Of a DNA stretch of 64,000 nt, positions 10,040 to 19,486 are shown in pieces (position 1 is the first letter of the stretch; every line of letters begins with the position of its first letter). The position numbers and the translations under genes were made by a program. Below the pieces are notes generated by a model. That model saw only the letters and a program-made list of their open reading frames with translations, made no database searches and was not told the DNA's origin. The stretch is taken from the IMG/VR virus record IMGVR_UViG_3300049215_000529, positions 1 to 64,000 of that record; one strand, 5' to 3'.

Positions 10040-11038
10040 TTATTGGTTTGCTGCGGGATGAACTTGTTGTCTAAGCTGGGCGATAATCATTTGAAGAGGT
10101 AGCTCTGGCAAATTTTGTTGCTGCCATTTTTTCAAAGCATCCATACTAACAAGATCTTTGACGTTGATAACAGCTGCCTTATCTTTGGATCTTACCTGAA
10201 AACCGTTGGCAAAGGCTTGTGACAATCCAGCAAGCTGAGCTTCAGTCAACTTAGGGGCTTGCTTTTTGTAAGTAACAAATGGCTTATCAGATTCAATAAA
10301 AGCTCTGTAGGCAGGCTTTTCCAAAATGCCATCTTTGATTTCTTTGTACATTCTCTGAATTGCTCTTAAGTGCTTAGCGATGCGGGGAGCTAGTTCAGCT
10401 TTTTCTGCAGCATTAATGTCGTTAGCATCTTCTGGAACTTCATTCTTAAGACCTTCAAGATTGGACTCTGTATATGACTTCACTGGCAAGTTAAAATCTC
10501 TTGCTAGATTCAACATAGCAAATGCAAATGCATAAGCATTGTGAAGAGCTGCGTTCGTACGAGGACCCCACGATCCATCAGCGGTAAGTTCGCCGCCCTT
10601 AGGGTTACCAATTCTCTTCATAGTGTCCATAACTACACTTAGACGAGTTGGATCGGATGGCTTCTTTTGATTCAAATTTTGCTTAGTAGGATCTGGATTG
10701 AACTCAACTCCTGGTACATCAGAGTTTCTAAGATAGTTCTTGGTAATGAAATCTCCGAACGAATCTCTGCCAACAGCTTCCTGTTGTTGTCTTTTATCAC
10801 CAGTAAGACCTTCTAAATGAATTTGCTGAGTAACCGCTTGACCCAAATTAATGAGTTCCTGTTGCATGGCTTTAACAGTAGGATCACCAACGACACCACC
10901 ACCAGCATGACCAGCAGGTGCAGTAGTTCCTGGATGATAGGAAGTTGCGCTGTAACCAGTTGGTGGTGGAGGTGGAGGAGCAGCAATCTTCTGAATCTCC
11001 TGCACTATTTTTTTAAAGTCTTTTTTAGGCGAAGTCAT
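10040..11038 (-). CDS. Putative virion protein with peptidoglycan-binding-like motif
   Basis: DPTVKAMQQELINLG ... ADGSWGPRTNAAL resembles PG_binding_1 with an insertion; likely start 11038 (track 11062). Confidence 0.5.
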   Translation of the reverse strand: MTSPKKDFKKIVQEIQKIAAPPPPPPTGYSATSYHPGTTAPAGHAGGGVVGDPTVKAMQQELINLGQAVTQQIHLEGLTGDKRQQQEAVGRDSFGDFITKNYLRNSDVPGVEFNPDPTKQNLNQKKPSDPTRLSVVMDTMKRIGNPKGGELTADGSWGPRTNAALHNAYAFAFAMLNLARDFNLPVKSYTESNLEGLKNEVPEDANDINAAEKAELAPRIAKHLRAIQRMYKEIKDGILEKPAYRAFIESDKPFVTYKKQAPKLTEAQLAGLSQAFANGFQVRSKDKAAVINVKDLVSMDALKKWQQQNLPELPLQMIIAQLRQQVHPAANQ

Positions 11039-11040
11039 AT

Positions 11041-12195
11041 TTATGCCTTTGTCTGAACCCATTGATTGTAAAACTGCTCAACCTCTTGTTCATAAGTAGC
11101 CAACTCTTTTTCCAAGATAGTTGCCATCTGAGCTTCTTGAGTTTCTGGAACCTTACCCATTCTATTGGCAAGATCAGTTAAACTAGCTGACTCTTCTTTA
11201 ATCCAAGCCATTGCGGACGAATTACGAGCAACCGATCCTATCAATCCTGCTGACTGTAATTTTTGTCTTAGAGTTCCAATTCTCTTATAAAGACTTGATA
11301 GAGGAGAAGCTTCTGGAGTATACTCTTTCATTTGCTGAGTGACAGAAGGTTTATCCTGCTCAGTACCAGTGTCATTTTCCACCGGAGTACCAGCATCAAC
11401 ATCTCTGCGTTTAGCAATGGCTTGATCTGCCAAAGTGTTTGCTTGACGGAAAGCGCCCTGAACTCTACTCCAAGTATAATCAGAAAGTCCTCCCAATCCA
11501 TAAGTTCCACCACTTAAAATAGATGGATCCAATCTCTCATATAATATCTTTAGTTGCTTTTTAATTTCATTGATATTGTAAACGGTAGGATCTCCTGCAA
11601 GGCTTGAGATGCTGTTGACCCAATTGTTAATAGAAAAAGTAAGCTCAGGATTAGATGCCTTAGCAATTGCATTTACTTGATTCACAATACCATTAGCTAA
11701 GCGATTGACTTCGGCAAGTGATGCTGATTGTGCAAAAACATTCTTGACAGCCGAAAGCACTTCGGAAGCAGAAGATAGTTTACCAGTTGGATCCTTCTCT
11801 ACCATTGTGACATGCTTCAAGTGCTGATCTAAGATATCTTCAAAGACGGCTTCGCTACTATCAACGTCTTCTAGTTTGTGGCTTCCCTTGGGATGTGCGG
11901 CATGCACCAAGTCATCACCAGTTTCTTTATTTACTTCATAAAGAGTTTGTACCTGTTTGTATGCAAGTAGTTTTCCTTCTAGCTCAGTAGCATACTTATC
12001 AAAACCGGCGTGTCTCAAACCAGAACATAGCTTGAGTACATTTTCAGTTAAGCTCTCAGAAGGAGATAGATCCAATTCAGAGGCAGCTGCTACTTTAGTC
12101 ATAGGCTGGTCCTTGACCAATCCCTTGTCTCTAGCGAGCTTCTCTAAAGAACGCATAGTGACAGAATCTTCAAAATTGGTATGTTTAAAACTCAT
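11041..12195 (-). CDS. Putative internal head protein, paralogous N-terminus to 6151-7410
   Basis: EKLARDKG / AAHPKG / VEKDPTG match VKIAQEKG / DAHPNS / VMKTPDG. Confidence 0.5.
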   Translation of the reverse strand: MSFKHTNFEDSVTMRSLEKLARDKGLVKDQPMTKVAAASELDLSPSESLTENVLKLCSGLRHAGFDKYATELEGKLLAYKQVQTLYEVNKETGDDLVHAAHPKGSHKLEDVDSSEAVFEDILDQHLKHVTMVEKDPTGKLSSASEVLSAVKNVFAQSASLAEVNRLANGIVNQVNAIAKASNPELTFSINNWVNSISSLAGDPTVYNINEIKKQLKILYERLDPSILSGGTYGLGGLSDYTWSRVQGAFRQANTLADQAIAKRRDVDAGTPVENDTGTEQDKPSVTQQMKEYTPEASPLSSLYKRIGTLRQKLQSAGLIGSVARNSSAMAWIKEESASLTDLANRMGKVPETQEAQMATILEKELATYEQEVEQFYNQWVQTKA

Positions 12196-12299
12196 GGTTG
12201 CCTCAATGATCGCATTATTCTACATTATGCCAGAATATAGAAAGCTTCCGGTTGATTTATTAATCAACCCTCAACTAAATAAAAGAATATGCAGCTGTT

Positions 12300-13073
12300 T
12301 TACTCAGTTAGCGCATTCAATCGCCCATACCTCAACATACGCAAACCATGCTTGTTGCAATATCTGATGCCATCGATAATCTTATACTTTGCCTTACCAG
12401 ATACGTCGCAACCATCAACGGAGCACTTGCGAGAATAATCAATTCGTTTATCCCATGCTTCCTTGGCGCTTTCTGATTTCTTTTGTTTGGTATCTTCTGT
12501 GTCTTTGATGCCGATATGAGATTCGGACATTTTTTGTCTTAACTCTTCAGTATATTCGATAGGGTTCTCAAGACGTGCTTTACGATGCAATTCTTTTTCT
12601 TCTTCTGTTACGATGCGACCCTGGGCAGGATGACCCTTTTCAAAGATTTGTTGTTGAGTGGCTTCTGATTGTTTTTTACTAATTTCAGCCCTTTTCTCTA
12701 CAGAAAGTGAGGCGTGCCAATCTCGCATAGCTTTCAACCAGGCTTCCGATTTAGGTGCATTAAATCCTCCAAGAGCAACATTATAGCCCTTAGGAACTAA
12801 ACAATCATATTGAGAAACTAATACAGTTTCTGTATCATTAACATCTTCCCATGATGTACATGCTGCTATAATTTCAAAATCAAAAGTATCACTACCATAT
12901 TTTTTAATGGCACGCGAAATTACCATAGAAGGCTGATCTTGTGTAGCCATATATTTATGTCGATACCATCGTTTATCTGGCTCCACCGTTTGCCCGATAT
13001 AAATTTTTCCATTAATTTTATTAGTAATACGATAAAGATAGTGAATTGTAGTGTTTTGTTCGTTTGTCAGCAT
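12300..13073 (-). CDS. Free-standing GIY-YIG homing endonuclease with NUMOD3-like repeats
   Basis: YLYRITNKINGKIYIGQT, RWYRH, E, GYN motifs; TEELRQKMSESH / TEDTKQKKSES repeats; GGAG SD before ATG 13073. Confidence 0.85.
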   Translation of the reverse strand: MLTNEQNTTIHYLYRITNKINGKIYIGQTVEPDKRWYRHKYMATQDQPSMVISRAIKKYGSDTFDFEIIAACTSWEDVNDTETVLVSQYDCLVPKGYNVALGGFNAPKSEAWLKAMRDWHASLSVEKRAEISKKQSEATQQQIFEKGHPAQGRIVTEEEKELHRKARLENPIEYTEELRQKMSESHIGIKDTEDTKQKKSESAKEAWDKRIDYSRKCSVDGCDVSGKAKYKIIDGIRYCNKHGLRMLRYGRLNALTE

Positions 13074-13116
13074 ACTTGACTCCAAAACACTACATATCAG
13101 CTCGTTTCCTTTTGAC

Positions 13117-13174
13117 CAACCAGAGCACTTCAATCATCGGGTTCAGAACCACAAAACTTCCAACATTGGGTTCA
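13117..13174 (-). repeat. Imperfect 29-bp tandem duplication of the 3' end of gene 13143-13832
   Basis: TGAACCCAATGTTGGAAGTTTTGTGGTTC then TGAACCCGATGATTGAAGTGCTCTGGTTG (22/29 identical). Confidence 0.8.
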
Positions 13175-13832
13175 TTGGAGTTGGTGGTGCCGTCACCATA
13201 GCAACAGCTGGATGAATAGAACTTGGGCGTCTAGTAGTCAAAAATCCATTTTCGCTAACATACAAATTAGCACGAACTGGATATTGCTGATTAGTTTCAT
13301 ATTGATCAGTTTGGAAAAACATTCTATTAAACCAAACTGTCATTCTGCCAGAACCCTGGGTGCTATCATCACCCGGAATATTAGCCACTTGATAGGTATA
13401 GTTAACTATGGTTCTGATAGCATTTGGCTGACCAGTACCAGTTAAATCAAAATTCAATAGCGTACCCGCTAAGAAGGTGATAACACCATTGTTAGGGTTA
13501 AGCACTACATCAATAGTAGAATTAAAACTACTAGATACTATATTAGGCTTTCTTAATTCTGCTTTAATGTCAATAGGGGTCACTAACTGACCACCAGGTC
13601 CAGGAACACCAATAGCAGGAACAATAACAACTTCGTTCCAAGAAACGTTAGTAAAAGCCCTGGTTTTGATATCATCAATGATACCAAGGGGAGCGGTACC
13701 ATTGCTAACAGTTGCCATTACTTGATTACCAATAACAGTTAGTTCGGCAATCATTCCTGGTTGAAATTCGGTAGACGGGTCACAAATAAAACTGGCGGGG
13801 AGCGTATTGCCCACTTGTACTAAGCGCAACAT
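13143..13832 (-). CDS. Putative capsid decoration-like protein, paralog of 5300-6010
   Basis: MLRLVQVG vs MSLKLLQPG; TQGSGRMTVW vs ATGSGKVTCW; ATG at 13832 (track 13841). Confidence 0.5.
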   Translation of the reverse strand: MLRLVQVGNTLPASFICDPSTEFQPGMIAELTVIGNQVMATVSNGTAPLGIIDDIKTRAFTNVSWNEVVIVPAIGVPGPGGQLVTPIDIKAELRKPNIVSSSFNSTIDVVLNPNNGVITFLAGTLLNFDLTGTGQPNAIRTIVNYTYQVANIPGDDSTQGSGRMTVWFNRMFFQTDQYETNQQYPVRANLYVSENGFLTTRRPSSIHPAVAMVTAPPTPMNPMLEVLWF

Positions 13833-13963
13833 TATTGCCACCCTTGCTTGTTAGAATCTGTTTTCATGAATATCCTTAGCCACTATTACCGTCTCACTGA
13901 TATTATATATCTATTTATGGAGAAGATTGCGAAAACTATAGCTAAAGCACGCACAACTAATTA

Positions 13964-14515
13964 TTAATCTTTTTCATCCTCAAAATCAGATTGACCTAAT
14001 GGATGTTCAACAATCTCAATTGCTTCATCATCAATATCAACATCCAGCAAATCATCAGCTTTGCCATCATCTGCCATATTGAATGGAGTTCCATGTTCCA
14101 AAAGATTTTTAACCTGTTTTTCAGGCGTTAATCCATGGGTATGAGGATCATGAATCTTGGTAGGGTTCTTTGGATGTGGAGGCTTTCCCCTAGCATCGTC
14201 CTCGTCGCCGTCCAATAGGCTCTTAAACGAGATTTCCTCCTTAGGAAGCTCCTTGGACTCCTTTGGCTCTTCTAACAAACTTTTAAATTCAATTACGTCA
14301 CCTGGCTCAATACCATCACGAGCAATTTTAGCTAAAAGTTTAAGAATACGATCAGAATGGGCAGTTAATCCTGCTTCATCTAGGATATCCATAGCGGAAT
14401 GAAGATAATCTGCTGCCTTAACAAGATTTTCCATACCTTGTTTCTCTGCATGAGTTTTTAGTTCACGCTGCATTCCAGCAATTAATTCATCTTCAAATAC
14501 ACTTTTCTTAATCAT
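13964..14515 (-). CDS. Hypothetical head-module protein
   Basis: FEDE N-terminus and helical module shared with 14512-14757. Confidence 0.55.
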   Translation of the reverse strand: MIKKSVFEDELIAGMQRELKTHAEKQGMENLVKAADYLHSAMDILDEAGLTAHSDRILKLLAKIARDGIEPGDVIEFKSLLEEPKESKELPKEEISFKSLLDGDEDDARGKPPHPKNPTKIHDPHTHGLTPEKQVKNLLEHGTPFNMADDGKADDLLDVDIDDEAIEIVEHPLGQSDFEDEKD

Positions 14516-14757
14516 TTGGATCCTGAAACAGAAGAAGTCTTGCCGGATAGGTCTTTAGCCAATCCTTGCAAGACTTCGGTAATTTCTGCGGCTTCTGCTG
14601 GCATACCAGCTTGTTCAAAGATCTCAGCAGCAGCATTTAAACAATTAACTGCTTGTGCTAGCTTATTGAATCCATGCTTGTTTTCAACTTGTGCTTCTAC
14701 AAGTTTATTTTCCATAGAACGATAGATCTCGTCTTCAAAGCTAGCGGTTTTGAACAT
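14512..14757 (-). CDS. Small head-module protein, paralog of 13964-14515
   Basis: MFKTASFEDEIYRSM vs MIKKSVFEDELIAGM; AGGA SD. Confidence 0.6.
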   Translation of the reverse strand: MFKTASFEDEIYRSMENKLVEAQVENKHGFNKLAQAVNCLNAAAEIFEQAGMPAEAAEITEVLQGLAKDLSGKTSSVSGSK

Positions 14758-14773
14758 TGTATCCTACTTTGAA

Positions 14774-15595
14774 TTATTTCTTTGAAGAAGACTTAGCTTT
14801 GGCTTTTTCCTTAGCAGCTTTTTCTTTCTCTTTTTCCTTGGCTGCCTTTTCCTTAGCTTTTTCCTTAGCTGCCTTTTCTTTTTCCTTGGAAGCCTTGTCC
14901 TTAGCAGATTGAGAATCGCTCTTAGAGTCTTTCTTGCTCTTCTTAGTTTCTTTTTCCTTCTTCTTGGCTTCTACAACTAGAGAGGCAAGTTTTAGGCTGA
15001 AGCTAGAGGACTTTTCCATTCCAACTTTGTCAAGAGCGGCGGAGGCGGTAAGTAGGCTGTCGATAGCAAGATCAAATGCTGCATCAACTACTACTTCATC
15101 GTCTGCGGAGCTGCTGTCAGAGCTGTCGGAAGAGGAATCTTTCTTTGCCTTGCGGGCATCGTTGTCGTCTGCGCTGCTAGAGTCGCTGTCAGAGGAGGAC
15201 TTTGCCTTACGGGCATCGTTATCGTCGTCAGCAGAACTGCTGTCAGAAGAGGACTCTTCCTTCTTCTTGCGAGCATCGTTCATGTCAGAAGCTGAACTGC
15301 TGTCACCAGAAGAGGATTCTTCCTTCTTCTTACGTGCATCGTTAGCATCTGCTGAACCACTGTCACATTTGCAGAAGTTCTTTGGTTTGCCGCACTCGTC
15401 GCACTTCTTGCCACCACGAGCATCGTTGTCGTCATCTGCCATTGAAGAGTCGCAGGAACAGCTTTCTTTGCTGCACTTTGAGCACTTAGCAGAAGCAGTC
15501 TTGTATTGTTCGCCAAACAAAGACTTGTGAGCTTCACTCTTAAGAACTGCATCCATTGTTGCAGCTACGAAATCTGATACACTTTTGTTAGTCAT
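14774..15595 (-). CDS. Highly charged low-complexity protein (Ser/Asp/Lys repeats, Cys clusters, KEKAA tail)
   Basis: Five NDAR repeats, CSKC/CDEC clusters; AAGGA SD; strong codon bias. Confidence 0.65.
   Translation of the reverse strand: MTNKSVSDFVAATMDAVLKSEAHKSLFGEQYKTASAKCSKCSKESCSCDSSMADDDNDARGGKKCDECGKPKNFCKCDSGSADANDARKKKEESSSGDSSSASDMNDARKKKEESSSDSSSADDDNDARKAKSSSDSDSSSADDNDARKAKKDSSSDSSDSSSADDEVVVDAAFDLAIDSLLTASAALDKVGMEKSSSFSLKLASLVVEAKKKEKETKKSKKDSKSDSQSAKDKASKEKEKAAKEKAKEKAAKEKEKEKAAKEKAKAKSSSKK
15100..15450 (-). repeat. Degenerate coding tandem repeats (SSADDNDARKKK units)
   Basis: Recurrent gcatcgtt and ctgctgtcaga on the plus strand. Confidence 0.7.
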
Positions 15596-15619
15596 TATAG
15601 TATCCTTATTTTTAGTTGC

Positions 15620-18600
15620 TTAGAACAGTCTCTTAGAGGTCTTAGCAAATGCTGCGGACAATTGATTCCAATCATCAGACTCAGTTGGAGCAGCGCCATT
15701 AACTTCACCAGAACCTAGCATACCAACTAGTGGTAGGCGACCAGCTTCCTTGCGTAGCACTGGAGCATGCTTTGCAACTACTCTCTTCAAGGACTCGAAG
15801 CTATCATCATTAAACTTCATGATTTCATCGACCTGAGAAGAGACTGCGGCTCTATCACTGTGGCACAAACCACGTTCAACCATGTCATATGCTAGCTCGT
15901 AAGAACGTGCCAACTTGACTCTGTACTTGCCAAGCTCTGCTTCCAATTGAGCCTTGACGTGTTCCTTGACCAATTCGGTTGCGAATTCGCCACCACCATC
16001 AACTTCACCGAAGTACTTCTTGTAGTAAGCAACTGCATCCTTATCCAAACCTTCTGCTACTAGAGCATCTAGGTCCTTAGGATCTAGCTTGCCTTCAGAG
16101 ACAAGCTTGTAAATGGCTTCTGCTTCCTTACGTACCTTAGGTGGAGCTTTAGCGACGTCCATCATTTGCTTGTTGATTTCTGGAAGAGTTTCAACTTTTC
16201 CTAGGCTGTCAGATGGCTTGGTGTCAAGCTGGGTCTGACCATCAGCAAGGCGATCTGCTTCTTGCAACATATCGCTGAACTTAGCCTTGGACATATCTTG
16301 AATTTCGCCATCGTCTTCTTTGCCAAGAGCATCAGCTGCTAGCTTAGCACGAAGAGCGGCACGACCTTCTTTGCTATCGTAGGAGGCAGTAACAACTGCA
16401 GTTCCCTTTGGTAGCATGTCTAGAGCCTTTGGATCCTTAATGTCAACGTTTACTTCGTTAGCATCGTCGGTTGGCAATGCAGCATCCAAATCAAGAGCAG
16501 GGTCTGCATCAACAGAGTGCTCGTCGCTCATCAAATCCTTAACTGCATCCAAGTCAGCATTGGTCTCTTGGACTAGATTCATCAAGTCATCATCCGAATG
16601 ACTATCGTGTTCGGTTGTCATAGTTTCTCCCTCAGCTAGTGCTTCAAGTTCTGCTTCCATTTCGGCGCGCTTGACGATAGCCTGGGTACCACGAGCATAC
16701 TTGACGAAAGCAGTCATAAGCTGGAATCCGTCAGCAACAGCGGTCTTGGCTTCGTTCATTGCATCTTGTACGAGGGTGCCAACTAATTCCGTATTGGACG
16801 GGCTGACAGCGCCTTTATCGTAAAGACCTGCGATCATTTCAAGTTCAGATTGATGATCGTTAAGCTCTGCAACGGCTTCCTTCATAGCGTCTGTAAGGGC
16901 TCCGTTCAATTGCTTTCTTAGAGTGTTTAGAGTGGCAGTGCTAAAGCTATCAGAAGCTGTGGTTGCGCCCATTTCTGGAATTTCTCCACCTTCCATTGCG
17001 CCCATTTCTGCTTGCTCACCAGTCAAGGCTCTAACGCCTTCAACTAGGTCAGAAGATAGGTCTCTAACTTTTTCAGCTAGACTTAGTACGTTTTCCTTTG
17101 GATCACCAGACTTGCCAGTGTCTTCTGCTTGGGGCATAGGCTCACCAGATGGACCAGCCTCTGGTGCTGGAGCAGCAGGCTCAGCTTGTGCGGTCTTGTA
17201 TAGTTTGGCAACTTTCTCAGCGCCTTCCTTCTTGACCTTAGCAATCAAAGTGCTACCAAATTCCTTGGTTGCAATGTGGTCGTACATTAGTTCAGTACGT
17301 CCACCAGAAAGCTCGTCAACAGATGCGGTAAGAAGAAGCTTGTCGCCTAGGAATACTTCCCATGCGCTCTTAGCTAGGTTCTGAGTTCCGTCTTCGTTTG
17401 CTGCCTTGACGAATCTTGCTCTCAAGGATGCTCTTTGTAGCATTTCCTTACGCTTCTTTTCGTCAGGAGTTTCTGCGGAAGCTGGAGATGGATGCATTCC
17501 ATCAACTGGTCCGACGCCTGGGAATGGCTTTTGTCCGACCATTTGCTTGTCTTCGTAATCACGAAGTTGTTCGTTAAGCTTGTCTTTTGGATACTTAACT
17601 TGACCAGGAGTTGGGGTGTTAACATTACCCTTTTCCAAACCATTCTGGAAATAAGCTTGCTTGTTTTCTAAAGCACCCTTAGCTAAGTTAACAATTGCTT
17701 GACGGCGAATTGCTCTCTCTTCTGCTTCTGCGCGAGCAAGCATCTTTTTACGCTCTAACTCGTTTGCAGGGTCAGCAGACTCTGGGCTTGGATGCATTCC
17801 ATCAACAGGACCTACGCCTGGGAACGGAGATTGACCAACCATTTGCTTGTCTTCTTTTTCGCGAAGCTCTTCATTTAGTGGGTCCTTAGTATATTTTGGT
17901 TGACCTGGAGTAGGCTCGTTAACGCCGCCAGCACCCTGGTAGTAACCCTTTTTATTTAGATCTTGTGTTCCAGACATAGTTTCCTCTTGTGTTTGTTTTG
18001 TAGAAGTGTTTGCTAACTTATCCAAGGTTTGTTTCATTTGGCTCAATTTAGCTTCAATGGTCTTGGTGACCTCGCGAAGCTCGGCGATAGTATCTGCTCC
18101 AACATTGGCAGAGGCATATCTTGCAGTTGGAGGAGCCAATCCTGAATCGGCTGCAGGTCCAGTTAAACCAGGACCGGTCATTTGATCAGATGCCAGTTGA
18201 TTACCAGGTTCTTCCATATTTTCTTCATTTGAAATAGAAGATTGAAGTTTTTGGAAGTCCTCGATTGCCTTATCAACATCCTTTTTAAAGCTTTCAAGAT
18301 CTTTAGCAGTAACGCTTACATTGGTTACTTTTCCTGGATCTTTAGAAAACCCGTCGCCACCCTTATTTTCAAAAGAGAGATTGGCTACATAAGTATCTTC
18401 AGCCAATTTTTCTAGCTCTTTTTGCTTTGTTTCAACATAGCTATTAAGAGTGTTAGCGGCTGCAATGATGTGTTTGATGCTAGCTTTTGGATCGGCACCA
18501 TTAACAACAATGGATAGTTCAATTGGATTTAAGTCTACGTTAATTTCGCCGTAGCAGCTCTTGGTCTTCATATGGGTGCAGAAGTCTTGTTCGGCACGGG

Positions 18601-19198
18601 CAACACGTCCACAATCAGAGCAAATAGCGCGTCCGACAGCAGTACCCATAGAAACACAGTTAGAATATCCAGTGGCAACCTTACGAGCCAAATCTGGGTA
18701 ATTATGTTTATCTAATGCACATAGCGCGATAACCCTCTTGAGCCCGCGATCGTAGTAGGTATCAACAATAAAGCCTCTTACATGATCTACCGAGCTGGAT
18801 TTATGATCGATGCAAAGAGGCTTGCCTACCCACTTCTTATATGCTTTTACGAGTTCTTCCTCGGGGAATATGTCGCCATTAGAATTCTTATAAGGCTTAA
18901 TGCTTGGATCATTACTCATCCAGCGCCATGAGCCATCCTGCTTATTCCAGCCCACTTCAACGTGTTCGCCCTTGGCGTTTAGCTTAGGAGTGCCATCGTC
19001 ATTAAGCGCGGCAGCTTCAGCAGCATGCATCATAACAGCAGAAAAATAAAGGAAATCTTCAGCTTTAGGGGCAATCTTTTTTAGATTCGCAGCTACTTTT
19101 CTAAAGTTCTCTAGAATTTCTGGATTAACGGCAGGAATACAGGATGCTGTATTTTCAATCCTGTTAATCTCTATGAGTTCACCTTGTTTGATAAACAT
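15620..19198 (-). CDS. Prohead protease fused to a long scaffold-like polyprotein
   Basis: N-terminal NGDIF, CIDH (His), VSMGT (Ser), CSDC..FCTH, ELSIV..GADPKA as in HK97-type maturation proteases; ~900 aa acidic helical C-terminus; between portal and MCP. Confidence 0.8.
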   Translation of the reverse strand: MFIKQGELIEINRIENTASCIPAVNPEILENFRKVAANLKKIAPKAEDFLYFSAVMMHAAEAAALNDDGTPKLNAKGEHVEVGWNKQDGSWRWMSNDPSIKPYKNSNGDIFPEEELVKAYKKWVGKPLCIDHKSSSVDHVRGFIVDTYYDRGLKRVIALCALDKHNYPDLARKVATGYSNCVSMGTAVGRAICSDCGRVARAEQDFCTHMKTKSCYGEINVDLNPIELSIVVNGADPKASIKHIIAAANTLNSYVETKQKELEKLAEDTYVANLSFENKGGDGFSKDPGKVTNVSVTAKDLESFKKDVDKAIEDFQKLQSSISNEENMEEPGNQLASDQMTGPGLTGPAADSGLAPPTARYASANVGADTIAELREVTKTIEAKLSQMKQTLDKLANTSTKQTQEETMSGTQDLNKKGYYQGAGGVNEPTPGQPKYTKDPLNEELREKEDKQMVGQSPFPGVGPVDGMHPSPESADPANELERKKMLARAEAEERAIRRQAIVNLAKGALENKQAYFQNGLEKGNVNTPTPGQVKYPKDKLNEQLRDYEDKQMVGQKPFPGVGPVDGMHPSPASAETPDEKKRKEMLQRASLRARFVKAANEDGTQNLAKSAWEVFLGDKLLLTASVDELSGGRTELMYDHIATKEFGSTLIAKVKKEGAEKVAKLYKTAQAEPAAPAPEAGPSGEPMPQAEDTGKSGDPKENVLSLAEKVRDLSSDLVEGVRALTGEQAEMGAMEGGEIPEMGATTASDSFSTATLNTLRKQLNGALTDAMKEAVAELNDHQSELEMIAGLYDKGAVSPSNTELVGTLVQDAMNEAKTAVADGFQLMTAFVKYARGTQAIVKRAEMEAELEALAEGETMTTEHDSHSDDDLMNLVQETNADLDAVKDLMSDEHSVDADPALDLDAALPTDDANEVNVDIKDPKALDMLPKGTAVVTASYDSKEGRAALRAKLAADALGKEDDGEIQDMSKAKFSDMLQEADRLADGQTQLDTKPSDSLGKVETLPEINKQMMDVAKAPPKVRKEAEAIYKLVSEGKLDPKDLDALVAEGLDKDAVAYYKKYFGEVDGGGEFATELVKEHVKAQLEAELGKYRVKLARSYELAYDMVERGLCHSDRAAVSSQVDEIMKFNDDSFESLKRVVAKHAPVLRKEAGRLPLVGMLGSGEVNGAAPTESDDWNQLSAAFAKTSKRLF
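17429..17953 (-). repeat. Internal ~75-aa duplication in the protease/scaffold
   Basis: EDKQMVGQxPFPGVGPVDGMHPSP occurs twice (about 17729-17953 and 17429-17663). Confidence 0.85.
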
Positions 19199-19201
19199 GC
19201 A

Positions 19202-19363
19202 TTATCTCCCTGATTGCTTCGTTGTAGAAGTATCAGCATTATTCTCCGCAGATTGCTTAACGACTTGTTTAGACAAATCCTTAGCAGCTTTTTTCTGCGC
19301 GTCGGTCAATTCTTCTTCATCAAGAACTGACATTATTTTTCCGTCACCATGTTTTATAAACAT
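19202..19363 (-). CDS. Small 53-aa protein missing from the ORF track
   Basis: GGAG SD; MFIKHGDGKIMSVLDEEELTDAQKKAAKDLSKQVVKQSAENNADTSTTKQSGR; stop 3 nt before the protease ATG. Confidence 0.7.
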   Translation of the reverse strand: MFIKHGDGKIMSVLDEEELTDAQKKAAKDLSKQVVKQSAENNADTSTTKQSGR

Positions 19364-19486
19364 TTAGTCTCCAAGTGGGAGAATCACAATTAGATCTACA
19401 AATTATAATGTAATATTGCCACAATTTTGTGAATTCTGGCAGTAACTTCATTCATATACGCTATTATTCCATTATAATAGCCAAAA

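Noticed and set aside
15100-15450. Possible CRISPR-like repeat array
   Set aside because: Repeats are degenerate, in frame and encode peptide repeats; no unique spacers.
14934-15530. 198-aa plus-strand ORF
   Set aside because: Antisense shadow of the low-complexity repeat gene; the same applies to the many short plus-strand ORFs in the track.
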